Below the pieces are notes generated by a model. It was not told the origin of the DNA. It saw nothing but the letters and a program-made list of their open reading frames with translations, and made no database searches. Of a stretch of 64,000 nucleotides of DNA, positions 1-19,616 are shown piece by piece (position 1 is the stretch's first letter; each line of letters starts with the position of its first letter). This stretch comes from Dictyostelium discoideum. Taxonomy: Eukaryota. Position numbers and translations under genes: made by a program. The stretch is from the NCBI GenBank assembly GCA_000004695.1, contig CM000153.2, positions 2,624,001 to 2,688,000 of the forward strand. Direction: 5' to 3'.

Positions 1-319
1 GATTGATCCAACTCGAGTTTAATTCTAGTAGAAACTTTTCATCGATTGATTCTGATACAGTTTTAGCAACCGCTTTCAAATGTTTATCGACCATCTTCTT
101 TAGATTATTGTATAATAAATCACCATGTTTTTGTAATACCATATTGTATCCGTTTCTATACAACTCTTCAAATGAGAGATTACTTGCATTTTGTTGATGA
201 ATTTGTCTCATTGCTGTCTTTAATAATTTCCACGTTCTCTTTGGAAAATCTGGATCCGCTAATACTCCATGACTTTGTAAATTCTTGAATTGAATTTTAC
301 CATTTGGTTTTGCCATCAT
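1..319 (-). CDS. culC: Cullin-3 N-terminal region (5' part of gene; CDS continues past the window start)
   Basis: Minus-strand translation from the ATG at 319..317 gives MMAKPNGKIQFKNLQSHGVLADPDFPKRTWKLLKTAMRQIHQQNASNLSFEELYRNGYNMVLQKHGDLLYNNLKKMVDKHLKAV. The SxLSFEELYRNxYxMVLxKHGxxLY block matches the CUL3 N-terminal helix. The track ORF 3..197(+) is an antisense artefact. Confidence 0.75.
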   Translation of the reverse strand, partial: MMAKPNGKIQFKNLQSHGVLADPDFPKRTWKLLKTAMRQIHQQNASNLSFEELYRNGYNMVLQKHGDLLYNNLKKMVDKHLKAVAKTVSESIDEKFLLELNSSWIN

Positions 320-898
320 TTTTAAAAAATTATTATTATTTTTTAAAAAAAAAAAAATTTATTTTTGTTTTATTTATACTAAATTATTTCTTTTTTTATA
401 TATGTTTTTATAATTATATATTATTTACAATTTTCTTTTTTTTTTTTTTTTTTTTTTTTATTTTATTCTTTTTATATATTTATATCTATTCTACAATTTT
501 TTTGTATGTACACACATATATATATAATTAATTAATTATATCTTTATATTTTATATGATAATATTGATATTACTATTAATAATTAATTTAATTATTATTA
601 TTATTAAAAAAAAAAAAAAAAACTAATCTACAATTAACTATTATTCTAATATAAAATAATAATGGTGATAATAATAATAAAAACTATTGAGATTTTAAAA
701 GGAATCTATGCCTTCTTTTTCTATTAGTTTTTAAAAAGAAAAAAAAAAAAAAATAAAGATGTTAGAATACTTTTTTTTTGTTTTTTTCTCTTTGTTTTTA
801 TTGTTGATTAGTTTTCTATCTGTCAAATTTATAAACAAAATTATTTTTCAATTTTTTTTTTTTTTTTTTTATATTAAAAAAAAAAAATTAAAAAAATG

Positions 899-930
<32 letters not shown>

Positions 931-1157
931 TTTCGCACACTAATTTTTTTATTAATTGTTTTATTTATTTTAATTTATATTTTTTTTTTTTTTTTATTAA
1001 TATGTGGGTGTGTTGAGTGGTACTATTATCATGAATTATTATTATCATTATATTAATTATCATTATTAATTTTGATTATCTTCACATATTACTTTTTTTT
1101 TTGTTTATTATTTTATTTTTTATTATTATTTTTTTTTTTTTTATTTTTATTTTTCAT

Positions 1158-1190
<33 letters not shown>

Positions 1191-1532
1191 TTCTTTTTTT
1201 TTTATAAAATTTATGTTCCAAAACTTACAAATTAAATAAATAGTATTTGAATAAATAAAACAAATATTTGTGTTGAGTGAAAAAAAAAAAAAAAAAATGA
1301 AAAATGGAAAAAAAAAAAAAAAAAAAATGAAAAAATCAACACAAATTTTCTATTTATATGAATATTCAATGAATGTAATATTACCAATATATTTCAAAAA
1401 AATTTTTTAATAATTTCAAAAAAAAAAATTTGAAAAAAAATGAAAAAAAATGAAAAATAAAAATTTAAAAAATATAAAAAATGTAAATTTGATCATGTGT
1501 TTCGTTGTTGTTGTTTTTCACCTTGTGGCACC

Positions 1533-1566
<34 letters not shown>

Positions 1567-1736
1567 TAAATAAATAAAAAAGCAGCTGATTAAATTGCCA
1601 TAAAAATGAAATTATAAAATAAAATGTTTCGTCTGATATTATTACAATTTAGATTATTTTTATTTTTAACTTTTTTTTAGTTTCCTTATATATCAAAAAA
1701 ATTACTTTTTTTTTTATTTCTTCTTTTCCAAATATA

Positions 1737-1773
<37 letters not shown>

Positions 1774-1776
1774 TGA

Positions 1777-1957
1777 TTATTCTTGTTTATACAAAAGATT
1801 TACAAATTCCAGTATGTGTTGCTTTGAAATTTCTACTATATCACCATTTGATACCATTTCATCAAGAATAAAATGTGCTTTATCCAAATTAAACATAATC
1901 TAAATATTAATAAATAAAATTAATGAATAAAAAATTAATAAATATCATTATTATTAT

Positions 1958-1991
<34 letters not shown>

Positions 1992-2348
1992 TACATCTAA
2001 CTCACACTATATTTGCAAATATTGATTGATTATAAAGAAGAAGAGATTATGGTTCGATTAGTTTAATAAATTAAAAATTATTAAATAAATTATTATAGAG
2101 ATAAAAAAAAAAAAACTTACAACATTATCAAAACAACTATCTAAAATTTCTACATAATTATGAATGAGTTCTAAAATTGCTAATTCATTTTCAGTTGTAT
2201 CAACACCAACAATAAAAAATAATGTTGCATACTTTCTATATATGACTTTATAATCTTTATATTCTACAAATGAACACTTTTTATTATAAACAATATATAT
2301 ATTAAAATGATGAAACTTTTGTTAATATACAATACTATAGTAGGTATA

Positions 2349-2413
<65 letters not shown>

Positions 2414-2566
2414 AAATAAACTTACTTGAATTTCAGTTCTTGATAAACATTTTCTAATAATTTCACTTTCCATTGCTGGTCTTTCTTCAAATGGTATTGA
2501 TTCATAATATTGCGATAATCTAGTTTTACCCCGAATATTTACAAGTAAAAAATATTTAATAGCCAT
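1777..2566 (-). CDS. ap4s1: AP-4 adaptor complex sigma subunit, 4 exons including a 12-nt microexon
   Basis: Exons on the minus strand: 2426..2566 ([23 protein letters not shown]...SRTEIQ, donor GTAAGT); 2121..2276 ([52 protein letters not shown], donor GTAAGT); microexon 1995..2006 (TGTGAGTTAGAT = CELD, acceptor ..aaatatag, donor GTATGT); 1777..1899 ([40 protein letters not shown]). The spliced protein is 143 aa and aligns closely with human AP4S1 (144 aa), including [20 protein letters not shown] and [20 protein letters not shown]. Intron 1 carries an (AAT)n tract. Confidence 0.85.
2349..2410. repeat. (AAT)n microsatellite, about 21 units, inside ap4s1 intron 1
   Basis: Direct reading; perfect trinucleotide repeat. 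Confidence 0.95.
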
Positions 2567-2850
2567 AATTAAAATATGTTTTCGTCATCAAAATAAAAAA
2601 AAAAAAAAAAAAAAAATGAAGATTTTTTTTTTTTTCAAAAAAAATAAAAATAAAAAAAAAAAATTAAAATAAAAAAATAAATAAAAAAAAGCGATAGCGA
2701 AAATAAAATAACATTTTTGCAAACCATAAATAAAAAACAAATAAAAAAATATATTAAAAAATGTTTTTTATTTAATTTTTTTTTTTTTTAATTATAATTT
2801 TATCTTTTCCTATTTCTATTTATTATTATTTTTTTTTAAAAAATAATAAC

Positions 2851-3138
2851 TTATTTTGGTGGTTCAGTTTCTGGATCTAAATCTTTATGTTCCATACAAA
2901 CACCACAACAAATTCCTACTGCAGTATTACGAGCAAAAAATATTTGACCTGCACGGACATTACATTGGCCTGGAAATTGATCGGTACAAACAACATTCAT
3001 ACATGGGTTCTTTGGGTCAGTAATAATACTATTTAAATATGTTGAATCATAATAAACTTCTTCATTTGATAATGATAATTTGAATGAACAATATAATACA
3101 ATAGCTATTATTAAAATATTTAATAATTTAATATTCAT
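2851..3138 (-). CDS. Small secreted cysteine-rich protein (95 aa, 8 Cys), function unknown
   Basis: Complete ORF with an N-terminal signal peptide (MNIKLLNILIIAIVLYCSFKLSLS). The mature part, NPCMNVVCTDQFPGQCNVRAGQIFFARNTAVGICCGVCMEHKD, has regularly spaced Cys. Codon usage is ordinary, not homopolymer-driven. Confidence 0.5.
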   Translation of the reverse strand: MNIKLLNILIIAIVLYCSFKLSLSNEEVYYDSTYLNSIITDPKNPCMNVVCTDQFPGQCNVRAGQIFFARNTAVGICCGVCMEHKDLDPETEPPK

Positions 3139-4237
3139 TTTCCTTATTTTTTCTTTGATTTTCTCTTTATCTATTTGTTTATTTTTTGAAAATGTTTTTT
3201 TTTTTTTTTTTTTTAAAAATATTTATCAAAGAATGCAAAGAAATATTTATTTTTTTTTTAAATTTATTTTTTTATTTTAACTTTCCTTTTATATATTTTT
3301 TTTTTTTAAATTTTATAATTAAAAAATAAAAATTATTATAATAAATTTTAGACAGTTGTTACAATTGTAATATTTTTGTCATTTTACTAAAAAAACTTAA
3401 TACTCTCTCATTAATGGAAAATAACAATAATAGTAAAAATCCCAACTCATATTATGAATGCCCAAACACCATCTTGTTTTTTTCAAAAAAATAATAATAA
3501 ATGAAAAAAAAAAAAAAAAAAAACAAAAAATTAATCAAATACATTAAACAAACATATTTGCAACTTTTTTAAAATTATCCAATTTGGGTAAACAGTAATT
3601 TTATATTATGTTGTAATTAATTGTTTAATTTTTTTTTTTTTTTTTATAATTATGAATAATAAAAAAATAAAAATAAAAATAAAAATAAAAAAAAATTATA
3701 ACCACAAATTATTTTTGCATAGAACTATTGAACATATTAATATTTTTTATAATAATTAACCCTTATGTGTTTAAAAAAGGGTTAAATTTTTTGAATTTTT
3801 TTTTTTATTTCTATTTTTAAACACACATAAGCACAATTATTATTCTTTACTATATACGATTTGGATGATTCTTTTTTTTCTTTTTTTTTTTTTAATGATA
3901 TATTTTCATATTTGTTTAGTGAGGTGGTGGTGGGGTTTTTTAGTGTTTTCCAAAAATTAATAAATTTTACATTGCAATTTTTTTTTTTGTAATACAAAGT
4001 TTTAAATTAATTCCCAAGATTCTTTTTTTTTTTCAATTTATTTATACATCTTGTAAAATTTATAGTTTTTTTAATTCATATCTTTTGATTTTGTTTTTTT
4101 ATATAATTTTTTATATATTTAATTTTTTATATCCAATTATATTTTTAATTTTTAATAATACTTTATTTTATAAAAATTAAAATAAAAATAAAAATAAAAA
4201 TAAAAATAAAATAATTAAATCAAATTAATAAAAAAAA

Positions 4238-5073
4238 ATGAAATTAAAAATTAATATTAGACCAAACGAAATAATATTTTTAATTTGTATAGTTGTAATA
4301 TTTTCATTTTCATATACATTAACATATTTTGATAGTCCAATTTTTAAAGAACATTATATTACAAACAATGGTAATGATTTTGGAGTTGAAAATCATTTTG
4401 TAACTTATCATTCAACTTACAAAGAAGATATTCACAAAAGAATAATTGACCCACACCATGGATTAATTCAAGAGATTACAAAAACATTTTATCCAGTTTC
4501 TTCTCCACTTGAAAAATTATTTTCATTCTCTGATAATATTTTAATTGTTCTCATAATAGTTCAAGTAATAGTTGGTTTCTTAATATTTTTATTATCTGTT
4601 GAAAAATTAAGTAAATGCAATTATCAATTAAAATCAATATTTTCAACAAAATCAACATTTTATATAAATAATAATAATAATAATAATAATGAAGATATAA
4701 ATAATAATAATAACAATAATAATAATAATAATAATAAAAATAAAAATGATGAACGTAATAATGAAGAAATTGAAGATGAAGAAACAATTAGAAAAGAAAA
4801 AATATTAATTATTAAGAAAAAAAGAGATATTTTATTAGCAATAATTATATTCTTTTTAGTATTGTTAGGAGTTTTAACAATTATTTATGTTTCATTTATA
4901 CCATTAAATATTAGAAAAGCATTCATTGGACAACAATTTTATTATAAAGGTTCAATCGATCCATTATGTGCTGACATATCAAATGAAGGTGATCATCACA
5001 TTGGTAAATGTAAATCATTAAATGGTAGAATTGGTAATGTTAATGATAAAATTGTAAATATTGATTTTTTTAT

Positions 5074-5124
<51 letters not shown>

Positions 5125-5146
5125 TCATTTTACTTATTTATTGTTT

Positions 5147-5181
<35 letters not shown>

Positions 5182-5380
5182 GTTTGGATATTCATGGAGT
5201 TTAGATTCTGGATTATTTAATGTTAAAATTGTATTTTTCTCAACTATTTTAATTGAATTTTTAACCGGTTGTTTAATATTATTAATGAAATTTAAAAAAG
5301 ATCCAAATATTGTACCTTTAACAAAACCATCAATTGCATCACCAACTCAAATCCCACATTTATTCTGTATTGCAAAATAA
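4238..5380 (+). CDS. Multi-pass membrane protein with an internal poly-Asn/acidic insert, function unknown; proposed 2 exons
   Basis: Exon 1 is 4238..5053 and ends AAA ATT|GTAAAT. The poly(A)/(TA)n/(TTTA)n stretch 5054..5182 is read as an intron. Exon 2 is 5183..5380 (FGYSWSLDSGLFNVKIVFFSTILIEFLTGCLILLMKFKKDPNIVPLTKPSIASPTQIPHLFCIAK*). Four predicted TM helices; the C-terminus ends CIAK, which is CaaX-like. Exon 2 assignment is tentative. Confidence 0.45.
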
Positions 5381-5449
5381 AATAAAATAAAATAATCTCC
5401 CCCACATTTATTTATTTATTTTTTTATTTATAATGTTTTTTTTTTTTTT

Positions 5450-6669
5450 TTAATTTTCTTTTGTAAAAGATAAAACACCATAACTAACAGAAGAATCAGA
5501 AGATTTAATAACTTTACTTGATTGTTCATAATAGAGTGATGAGATATTATATTTAAATTGACTATTTTTTGTGATCCATAACATTACAGCAATTGGACAT
5601 CTACCACAAATTGTATTCTTTGTTTCTTTTAAATATTTTGAGAATTGAACAGGGTCACCACTTTCAATGATTTCCATTCCTTTTCTATCCAATTCTTCAA
5701 TGTATTTATAGATTGGGACCTCTTTATTCTCATATCTAGTATAACCAAATCTTTCACCCCAATGACAGAAATCTGATGAAATTACAAAAAAGTTTTCTGG
5801 ATCATCAAAATATGGTGCTAATATCTTTCCATATAACTCTTCCAAATCAATTGATAAACTTCCAACCATAATTGGTACAATACTTAATTCTAATAATCTC
5901 CTATTATATTTATTATTTATTTATTTATTTATTATTATTATTATAAAAACTTGTGTTAATATATTAAAAAAAAAAGGAATGGATGAATGAATGTATTTGA
6001 TAAATACTTTTCAGCAACTTTTGCAATATATGGTAATTGCAATTCTAAACTATGTTCATCTTCATCTACACTTTTTGTATTCCAAATGAAACTACCAGTA
6101 TCAAAGAGTTTATTTGTGGTATCTTTATCAACCTTTAAATTACCAATTGGTGTTTCCCATGTATCTAATTTAGTTAAACCACAAGTTTTCATATATACAT
6201 GATGTGATGGCCCTAAAATAAATACTCTCTTACTTTAATAATGATAATAATAATAATAATAATAATAGTAATTAGTACCAGTTAAAGATATAATTAAATA
6301 AAAAAAATAAAAAAAAATAATAAAATAAAGTAATAACTTACTAATTCTCTGGAATTAAATTAATATATGCATAAGCTGCTGCTCTACCACTGTAAGAATA
6401 ACCTGCATGTCTATTATTAATTATTAATGGTTATTAATTATTTTTAATTTTTAATGATTATAAATGATTATTAATTATTTTTAATTATTAATGATTATTA
6501 ATTATTAATAGTAAATATTTAGAAAAAGGTTACAAACATACGGTGCTATAATTGATTTGACATTTTGATTTTGACGAGAAGCTTCGCTTAACCAATCCGA
6601 TAATTGTTTCTCTAATTTCCTTGCATTGTCTAAATACCAACTACCTGCGTGTGTACAATTTCTAATCAT
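5450..6669 (-). CDS. MEMO1 homologue (AMMECR1/Memo family), 4 exons
   Basis: Minus-strand exons: 6542..6669 ([43 protein letters not shown], donor GTATGT); 6342..6410 ([22 protein letters not shown], donor GTAAGT); 6008..6232 ([36 protein letters not shown]...[19 protein letters not shown], proposed donor GTATTT); 5450..5900 ([21 protein letters not shown]...[20 protein letters not shown]...[14 protein letters not shown]...[14 protein letters not shown]). Diagnostic MEMO1 blocks are present: [63 protein letters not shown]. Confidence 0.85.
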
Positions 6670-6832
6670 TATTGACCAATTTATTAAATAAAAAAAAATA
6701 AAAAAAAAAAGAAATATTTATATACAGTAGGGAAAAAAAAAAAAAAAAGTAAAGAAAAAGAAAAAGAAATATTTATACACAATAGAGAGAAAAAAAAAAA
6801 TAAAATAAAATTAACAATGAGTGGGTGTTTTA

Positions 6833-6865
<33 letters not shown>

Positions 6866-7199
6866 TTGGATAAAAAAAAAAATTTAATTAAAAAAAAAAA
6901 AAAAAAAAAAAGAAAGAAAATGCTTGTGGTTTTGGGAATTTTGAAAGGGTGATCATCTTATTTTCATAAATTAAATTCTTGATTAAGATTTTTTTTTTAT
7001 ATTTTTTTTTTTTTTTTTTGGATACCTAAATCTCAAAAGGAATTGCCCTTTTTTTTTTTTTCTTTTTTTTTTATACACTTTTTTTAATTTTTTATTTTTA
7101 TTTTTAAATACTTTTTTTTTTTTATTTTTTATTTTTCATTTTTTTTTCTTCTATATATATATCCAATTTTATGTATATATATTTAAATATAAATTAAGT

Positions 7200-7555
7200 T
7201 TAGAACCAACCTTTCTTTTCTGGGGCTGCGGCTGGAGCTTCTTGTGGGACTTCTTGACCTGGTTGAGTACCAGACATCTTTGATTGAACTTTTTTGAAGG
7301 TTTCCATCCATTTTTGAACACATCTTTCAGCACAAACACTTTCACCAACATTTAAATCACCTTCATTATATTTACTAATACATTTTGCTGAACATGCATC
7401 TAAAATTCTAAAATAAAAAAAAAACAATTAAATGATAAAAAATAAATATAATATTCCAATTTCAATTCCATTATTTTTATTTTCTAAAATATTTACCCTT
7501 GAAACATTTTAGAAATCATTTTCATTTCCATTACTTTCATTTCAACATCATCCAT
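7200..7555 (-). CDS. tim10: Small Tim family mitochondrial import chaperone, best match Tim10; 2 exons
   Basis: Exon 1 is 7497..7555 (MDDVEMKVMEMKMISKMFQ+GG, donor GTAAAT). Exon 2 is 7200..7407 (ILDACSAKCISKYNEGDLNVGESVCAERCVQKWMETFKKVQSKMSGTQPGQEVPQEAPAAAPEKKGWF*). It carries the twin CX3C motif, and the identical block GESVC..RCV.K matches human TIMM10 (ACHRKCV...GESVCLDRCVSKY). Confidence 0.8.
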
Positions 7556-7797
7556 GATTATTTATATATATATTTGTTTGTGTGTTTTAATTTACAAAAA
7601 TTAAAAAAAAAAAAAAAAAAATTTTGAGAGGAGCATGAAAAACGAAAAAAATTTCAAAAATGAAAAAAAAAAAAAAAATAAAAAATAAAAATAAAAAAAA
7701 AAAATAAAATGTTTTGTTGTGATCTAAACAGTGTGTGTCTTTAAAATGCAATATGCAATTTATTTTATTTATTTATTTAATTAAAGAATAAAATAAT

Positions 7798-13863
<6,066 letters not shown>

Positions 13864-14153
13864 TATTTTTTTTTTTTTTTTTTTTTGGATTTATTTATTT
13901 TTTATTAAATCTATTTATTTTTGATTTTAATTATTTTTTTTTTTTTGGATTTTTTATTTTTTATTTTTTAATTTTATTATTAATCCAATGGTTTATTTTA
14001 TAAACCATAAAAAAAAAAAAATATTAAAACAAATTATTAAAATTAAGTGTTTTTTATTATTTATTTTTTTTATAGATTATAAATATAATTTTATGATTCA
14101 TGATATTGAGAAAAAAAAAAAAAAAGTAGGTTATTTCTTCAAGTTTTTGTTTG

Positions 14154-14186
<33 letters not shown>

Positions 14187-14615
14187 AAATTTTTTTTTTT
14201 GGAAAAAAAAGAAAAAAAAAAGATATTTTCGTGATAATCTGCAAAGAGAATCAGCTGTTGATACGTAACCTATTTTTTTAATTTTTTTATTTTTTATTTA
14301 TTTTTTTTTTTTTTTTTTTTATTTTTTTTTTTTTGCCAAGATTTTTACAAAAAAAAAAATTTAAGAGAAAAAACAAACATAAACTAAAATATTAATAATC
14401 AATTAAATGTGTTGTACTGTGGAAGTACTTTACAGAAAAATATTCGTGTATATATGAAGAATTAAAATAAAAAAATATAAAAAATAAAAAAAATATAAAA
14501 AATAAAAAAAATATTAAAAATAAAAAAATAAAAAAATAAAAATAAAAATAAAGATTTATTAATATAACATATATAAAATATAAATTAATTTTTAAAAAAT
14601 ATAAAATATAAAAAA
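13864..14615. promoter_or_regulatory. Shared divergent promoter region (about 750 bp) between the two giant beta-helix membrane-protein genes
   Basis: Start codons at 13863 (minus) and 14616 (plus) face away from each other across an A/T-homopolymer-rich spacer with no ORF. Confidence 0.5.
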
Positions 14616-14847
14616 ATGAATAATTTTATAATTATAATATCAATTTTTTTATTATTTTTTTCAAATCAAATTTATTCTAATCAAATTAAATTAAATGATT
14701 ATGATTATGATAATGATTTTAATGATAAAAATAGTGAAAACATTGTTCGGTATGGCTACACTTGCAGTGAGTAATCAAAAAAAAAAAAAAATAAAATAAA
14801 ATAAAAAAATAAAAAATAAAAATAGAAAATATAAAAATAAAATATCT

Positions 14848-14886
<39 letters not shown>

Positions 14887-17800
14887 TATTAGATCAGGAA
14901 ATAGTATCAAAAGATTGGGGATTTCAAAATTTATATGAAACATTTAAAAGTGAATTAAATCAAACTTTTCAATATAATATGACATTTATTCAAAGTGAAG
15001 ATTGGTTATTAGTCTATTCAAAAGATTTATCAATTTCATTTGTTACAAGTTTAAGAGAATCATTTTTCTCAACAGATGTCGTAGGTTATTATGCAATAAG
15101 GATAGAGGATAGTGGTGTATATTCTGAAGGTGATGAGCCCATGTTTACCTTTAATCAGACATTGTATACCTATTACAATACATCCTATTATTTAACATTT
15201 ACTGTATCAACTACCATGGCAAATTTTGCTATGGAAATTAATTTCAATGGATATATTTATAAAGAAATTTCAGCTTCACAAAATACATTTGATAGGACAA
15301 CCTATCAATATTATATTGATGCATCATCGTTTACGCATCCAACTACAAGTTTTGCATTACTAATAACCTATGCATTTCAAGAAGAGATTCCAGTGATATA
15401 TGTGGAGAATATTAATTTCATAAAACAACCAGGTGATCAATTGACTGAAGTGTACGTTTCAAATCAAGGTAGTGATATAATGGGTATTGGTACGGCTGAT
15501 AGACCATTTTCATCGATTCAACAAGCCATTGCATTTGCTAATATATATAATAGTTCAAAAATTATTTTAGAACCTGGATTTTATTGTGGTATGGGTAATA
15601 GTTATATAGATCCCTCTAGTGCTCAAAACCTTCAAATAATTTCTCAAGATAGTAATAATAAAGCAGTGATTTCAGGTGAAGGTCAATTAATTCAAGTTGA
15701 ATTCACATCTGTTAGCGAATATGGTTTCTCTAATAATATAACCTTTGAAAATTTAATTTTTGAAAATTCTAGTACTCGTATTGGTGGCCAATCTATTAAT
15801 ATCGAAGGTAATTGTTCACTTAGATTTATTGGTTGTGAATTTCAAGATCATTATGGTGAATCGGTAATATCAATTAATTATCTTCGATATGCAATCTTTT
15901 ATCAAACCACTTTTTATAGACATAAACAATATGCAATTCAATCGATTGGTGTTTTTGATGAATATAGCTTACTCATTGAAAATTGTATATTCAATTCTAT
16001 AAATAGTTTAAACCTTTTAAATATTGAAGCGGTTTATATAAATAATGCAATATTCAACTATGATCTCAATGAAAATACAAATACTGGACAATGTCCAATC
16101 CTATTGGATATGATAGGACGTTTAGAAATTCAAAATTCAACCATTAGTACAGCGGTTTGTGTTTACAGAACTTTACTTAATGCTGCCTATTTATCATTTT
16201 ATGGTCAACCAAGTGATATATTCACTCAATCAGCTTTCTTGGCATTAAATTCAGATATGACATTAACAGATTCTTATTTTACACACAATGGAAATCTATC
16301 TAGTAGTTTATCAGCTTTTGAAGGTTTTTTAAAACTAAGGGATACTATTTTTAATAATACCCTTTCAAAATCTTCCATTCAAGTTGAAGGTGTTGAGATT
16401 GAATTTAAAAACCTAACATTTAATGAAGAAACAAATGCTTTAATTTGTTCAGGTTCACAAGGTAGTTTACATTATATAGAATTGATAGATACTGGTTCTT
16501 TAATGACCCTTACAAAATCATCAATCTCCATATTGGGTTCAAATTTCTATGGAAATTTCAATCCTAATAATATTGTAAAATCAACACTAAGCACTATCAA
16601 TTGTTTTTTCATGGATGGTACATTTACATATTTTTCAATTATCACTTCAACCTACAAAGATTTTAATAGTACTTTTGAAAGAAATACTTTTGGATTATTT
16701 TCAACTGATGGTCCAACAAATATAACATTAACTTCAAGTTTCTTTTCAAATAATCAATATAAATCATTAATAAAATTAAATGAACTTGCAACTGCAGTAA
16801 TTACCAATTGTACATTTAGTGAAAATTATAGTTCAGATGTTGGTGGAATTATTCAAATGCAAGGATCAAGTAATGCCATTGTTTCATCGAGTTTATTCTA
16901 TAACAATTCTGGTACTTTTGGTGGTGTAGCTTATATTGGTTCTTCTTCTTCGTTAAGTTTTTATAATGTAATAGCGTTTGATAATCAAGCTTATAAAAAT
17001 GGTGGTGTAGTTTGTTTAGATAGTTCATCAGGATCACTTTTAATTAGTGGTGGTAATTTCTCAAAAAATGTTGCTCAATTAGGTTCATTTATCTATTACT
17101 ATGGTAATTCAATGAATATTCATAATGCAACCTATGGAACTGATCAAACGATTGTATTGGGTCAAGTATTTATGGATGTTGATACTGATATAGAGTCAGT
17201 GGTTGAAAGTGGTGGTTTCTATCAAATCAATATCACATTTGTCAATAATAAAAAACATCCAGTTAGTGATTATAGATTCGATAAAACTAAAAAACTTTTT
17301 CTATCACTTGGTAGTGTTGTAATGTTTTCAATTGATTTCCCAAAAGATGCTTATTTAATTATACCACCATTCCAATTGATTGGTATAATTGGTAGTAAAC
17401 AAACTCTTTATATTACTTCAGATGCTTCCACTGTAACAAGTTTTAAAATTCAATTTAGTTTTGAACCTTGTGATATAGGCTATTATCCAAATGAACAAAA
17501 TACACTATGTATACCATGTCCATACAGTACGGTTGGTACCGATGGTTTAGAATGTCAAGCTTGTCCACAAAATGCTGAATGCTTTGGTGCAACAAATATA
17601 GTTGGTTTGGATGGATATTGGATCGATTATAATAACTCTTTGACTCAAGTTTATCAATGTCCATCGGGAGTTTGCTTTTTAAATTCAACCGATTATAATA
17701 CAACTTGTGCAGATTTTAGTACTGGTGTTTTATGTGCAAGTTGTATTGATGGTTATTATAATTGTGGTTCAGGTTGTAAAGAAGAAACTTCAATAAATAA

Positions 17801-19148
17801 ATTAGTATTGGCAACTAAAATCATAATGTTTATAGTACTGGTAGTTACACAACAATTATCTAATGATGACTCGGGTTTAGTTACGATTGCACTTTACTTT
17901 TTACAAACATTGGTAGTAATTTCATCAGGAATTAAATTTAGTATACTAAATTTATTCAGTGGTGCAACATCATCACATGCTGGTAAATCCGATGGTATTT
18001 TATCATTTTTAAATGATTGTATCGGACCATATGGTTTCTATTGGAATCATTATTTTGTAATTCTTCAACCAGCTTTCCTATTATTAATTTTGGCTTTAAT
18101 TATTCTATTGGAATTTTCATTAAGAAAAACTAAAATTATTTTTAAAATACCACTTGTAAAGGATATAATTGAAACTTCAGATAAAGAATTTAGAAATCGT
18201 CAATTCTCTGCATTTGTAAAAGTTTGTATGAATTCCTATGGTCCCTTTGCCACTGAAGTTTTATTAATTCTCTTTTGTAATCAAGTTGGTTCCTATTATC
18301 TTTTAAATGCAAATCCAGAGGTTCAATGTAGTGGTGATCAATTTTATAAAGCAAAAACTGTAACATGTGCTTTAATAGTAACTCTTGCTATTTTTCCAAT
18401 TATTATCTTTGTTTTACTCTATCGTCATAGACATCGTTTAAATGATAAAGATATCGAAAGAAAGTTGGGTGTTTTCTACTTAAAGTATACACCAAAACTT
18501 TATTTTTGGGATGTAACCTTACTTTTGAAAAGACTTTCCATAGTTGCCGTCTCTTTGTTACCATTTGATTCAAAATTCCGTTCAATCTCTTTAGTTACAC
18601 TTGGTTTATTATATTTATTCATTCATTTGAAATTTCAACCATTCAGATCAGATCAAGATAATAATTTGGAAACGGTTTCTTTGGTACTTTTATTCATTTC
18701 TTGTATTTACCTTGATAATGGTTTATACGAAGATACCGAACAATACATTCTAATCATATGTATTATTGTATTCTTAATTGCTGCAATTAAATTCCAATCA
18801 AAATATTTAGTAAATGAATTCAATAAGAGTGTTTATCCAATTTTAAAAACTATTTGGAATAAAGTTTTCTCTTCCAATTCAAACAATGATCCCGATGATG
18901 ATAATAATGAATATAAAGTTGTTTATAATACCTATGGTGATGAAGAAGAAATTAATAAAGATCAACAATTTAGTTATGATTCAATGCGTAATATTATTAA
19001 AGAAGTTGATAAAAAAGGTACATTTTATAATTTTGAAAGAAAAAATGAATCTCAAGTTTCTTCAATTTCTTCAGTTTCTTATTCTTATGATGATGATGAT
19101 GATTTAATTGATGTTTTTGGTAATTCAATTTCAAAAAGAAGAAATTAA
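14616..19148 (+). CDS. Paralogous giant surface protein (~1440 aa): signal peptide, beta-helix (PbH1/Pmp-like) domain, Cys-rich module, multi-TM region and an acidic cytoplasmic tail; 2 exons
   Basis: Exon 1 is 14616..14766 (MNNFIIIISIFLLFFSNQIYSNQIKLNDYDYDNDFNDKNSENIVRYGYTC, donor A|GTGAGT). The intron is 14767..14892. Exon 2 is 14893..19148 (acceptor ttattag|ATCAGG) and joins the 1389-aa track ORF in phase. It contains repeated GG(V/I)xY..NS..F.N beta-helix rungs, the module CDIGYYPNEQNTLCIPCPYSTVGTDGLECQACPQNAECFG, about 8 TM helices and a poly-Asp tail. Confidence 0.75.
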
Positions 19149-19290
19149 AATTTTTTTATAATAAAAATAATTAATAAATTTAAATAAATTATTTAAATAT
19201 TTAAAAAAAAAAAAAAAAAAAAAAAAATAGAATAAATTATTTAAATTTTTTTATTTATTTTATTTATTTATTTTAATTTTTTAATTTATA

Positions 19291-19576
19291 TTAACAATCA
19301 TAACAACATTCTTCATTTGCATGAGGTACTTCAGTTGGATCAAGACCCATTTGTTTCATTTTAATGGCAATTTCAAATAAATAATCAAAACATTCGCACA
19401 TTGTTTTTGCTTTAACCCAATCTGGTCCCCAAACATAAACACCATGTCTTCTAACTAAAACTGCATTTGCATTTGGATATTTTTCCATTGCTTTGTGCTT
19501 AAAAAAAAAAAAAAAAAAATTAAAAAAAATTAAAAAAAAATTAAACAATCATAGTTATAAAATTAGAAATCTCCAA

Positions 19577-19616
<40 letters not shown>

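Noticed and set aside
304-531. ORF 304..531(+) and the many short poly-Phe/poly-Lys/poly-Ile ORFs in intergenic homopolymer regions (for example 3080..3280, 13988..14281, 23546..23908, 43539..43860, 52177..52413)
   Set aside because: They are composition artefacts of poly(T)/poly(A) tracts, with no complexity or conservation.
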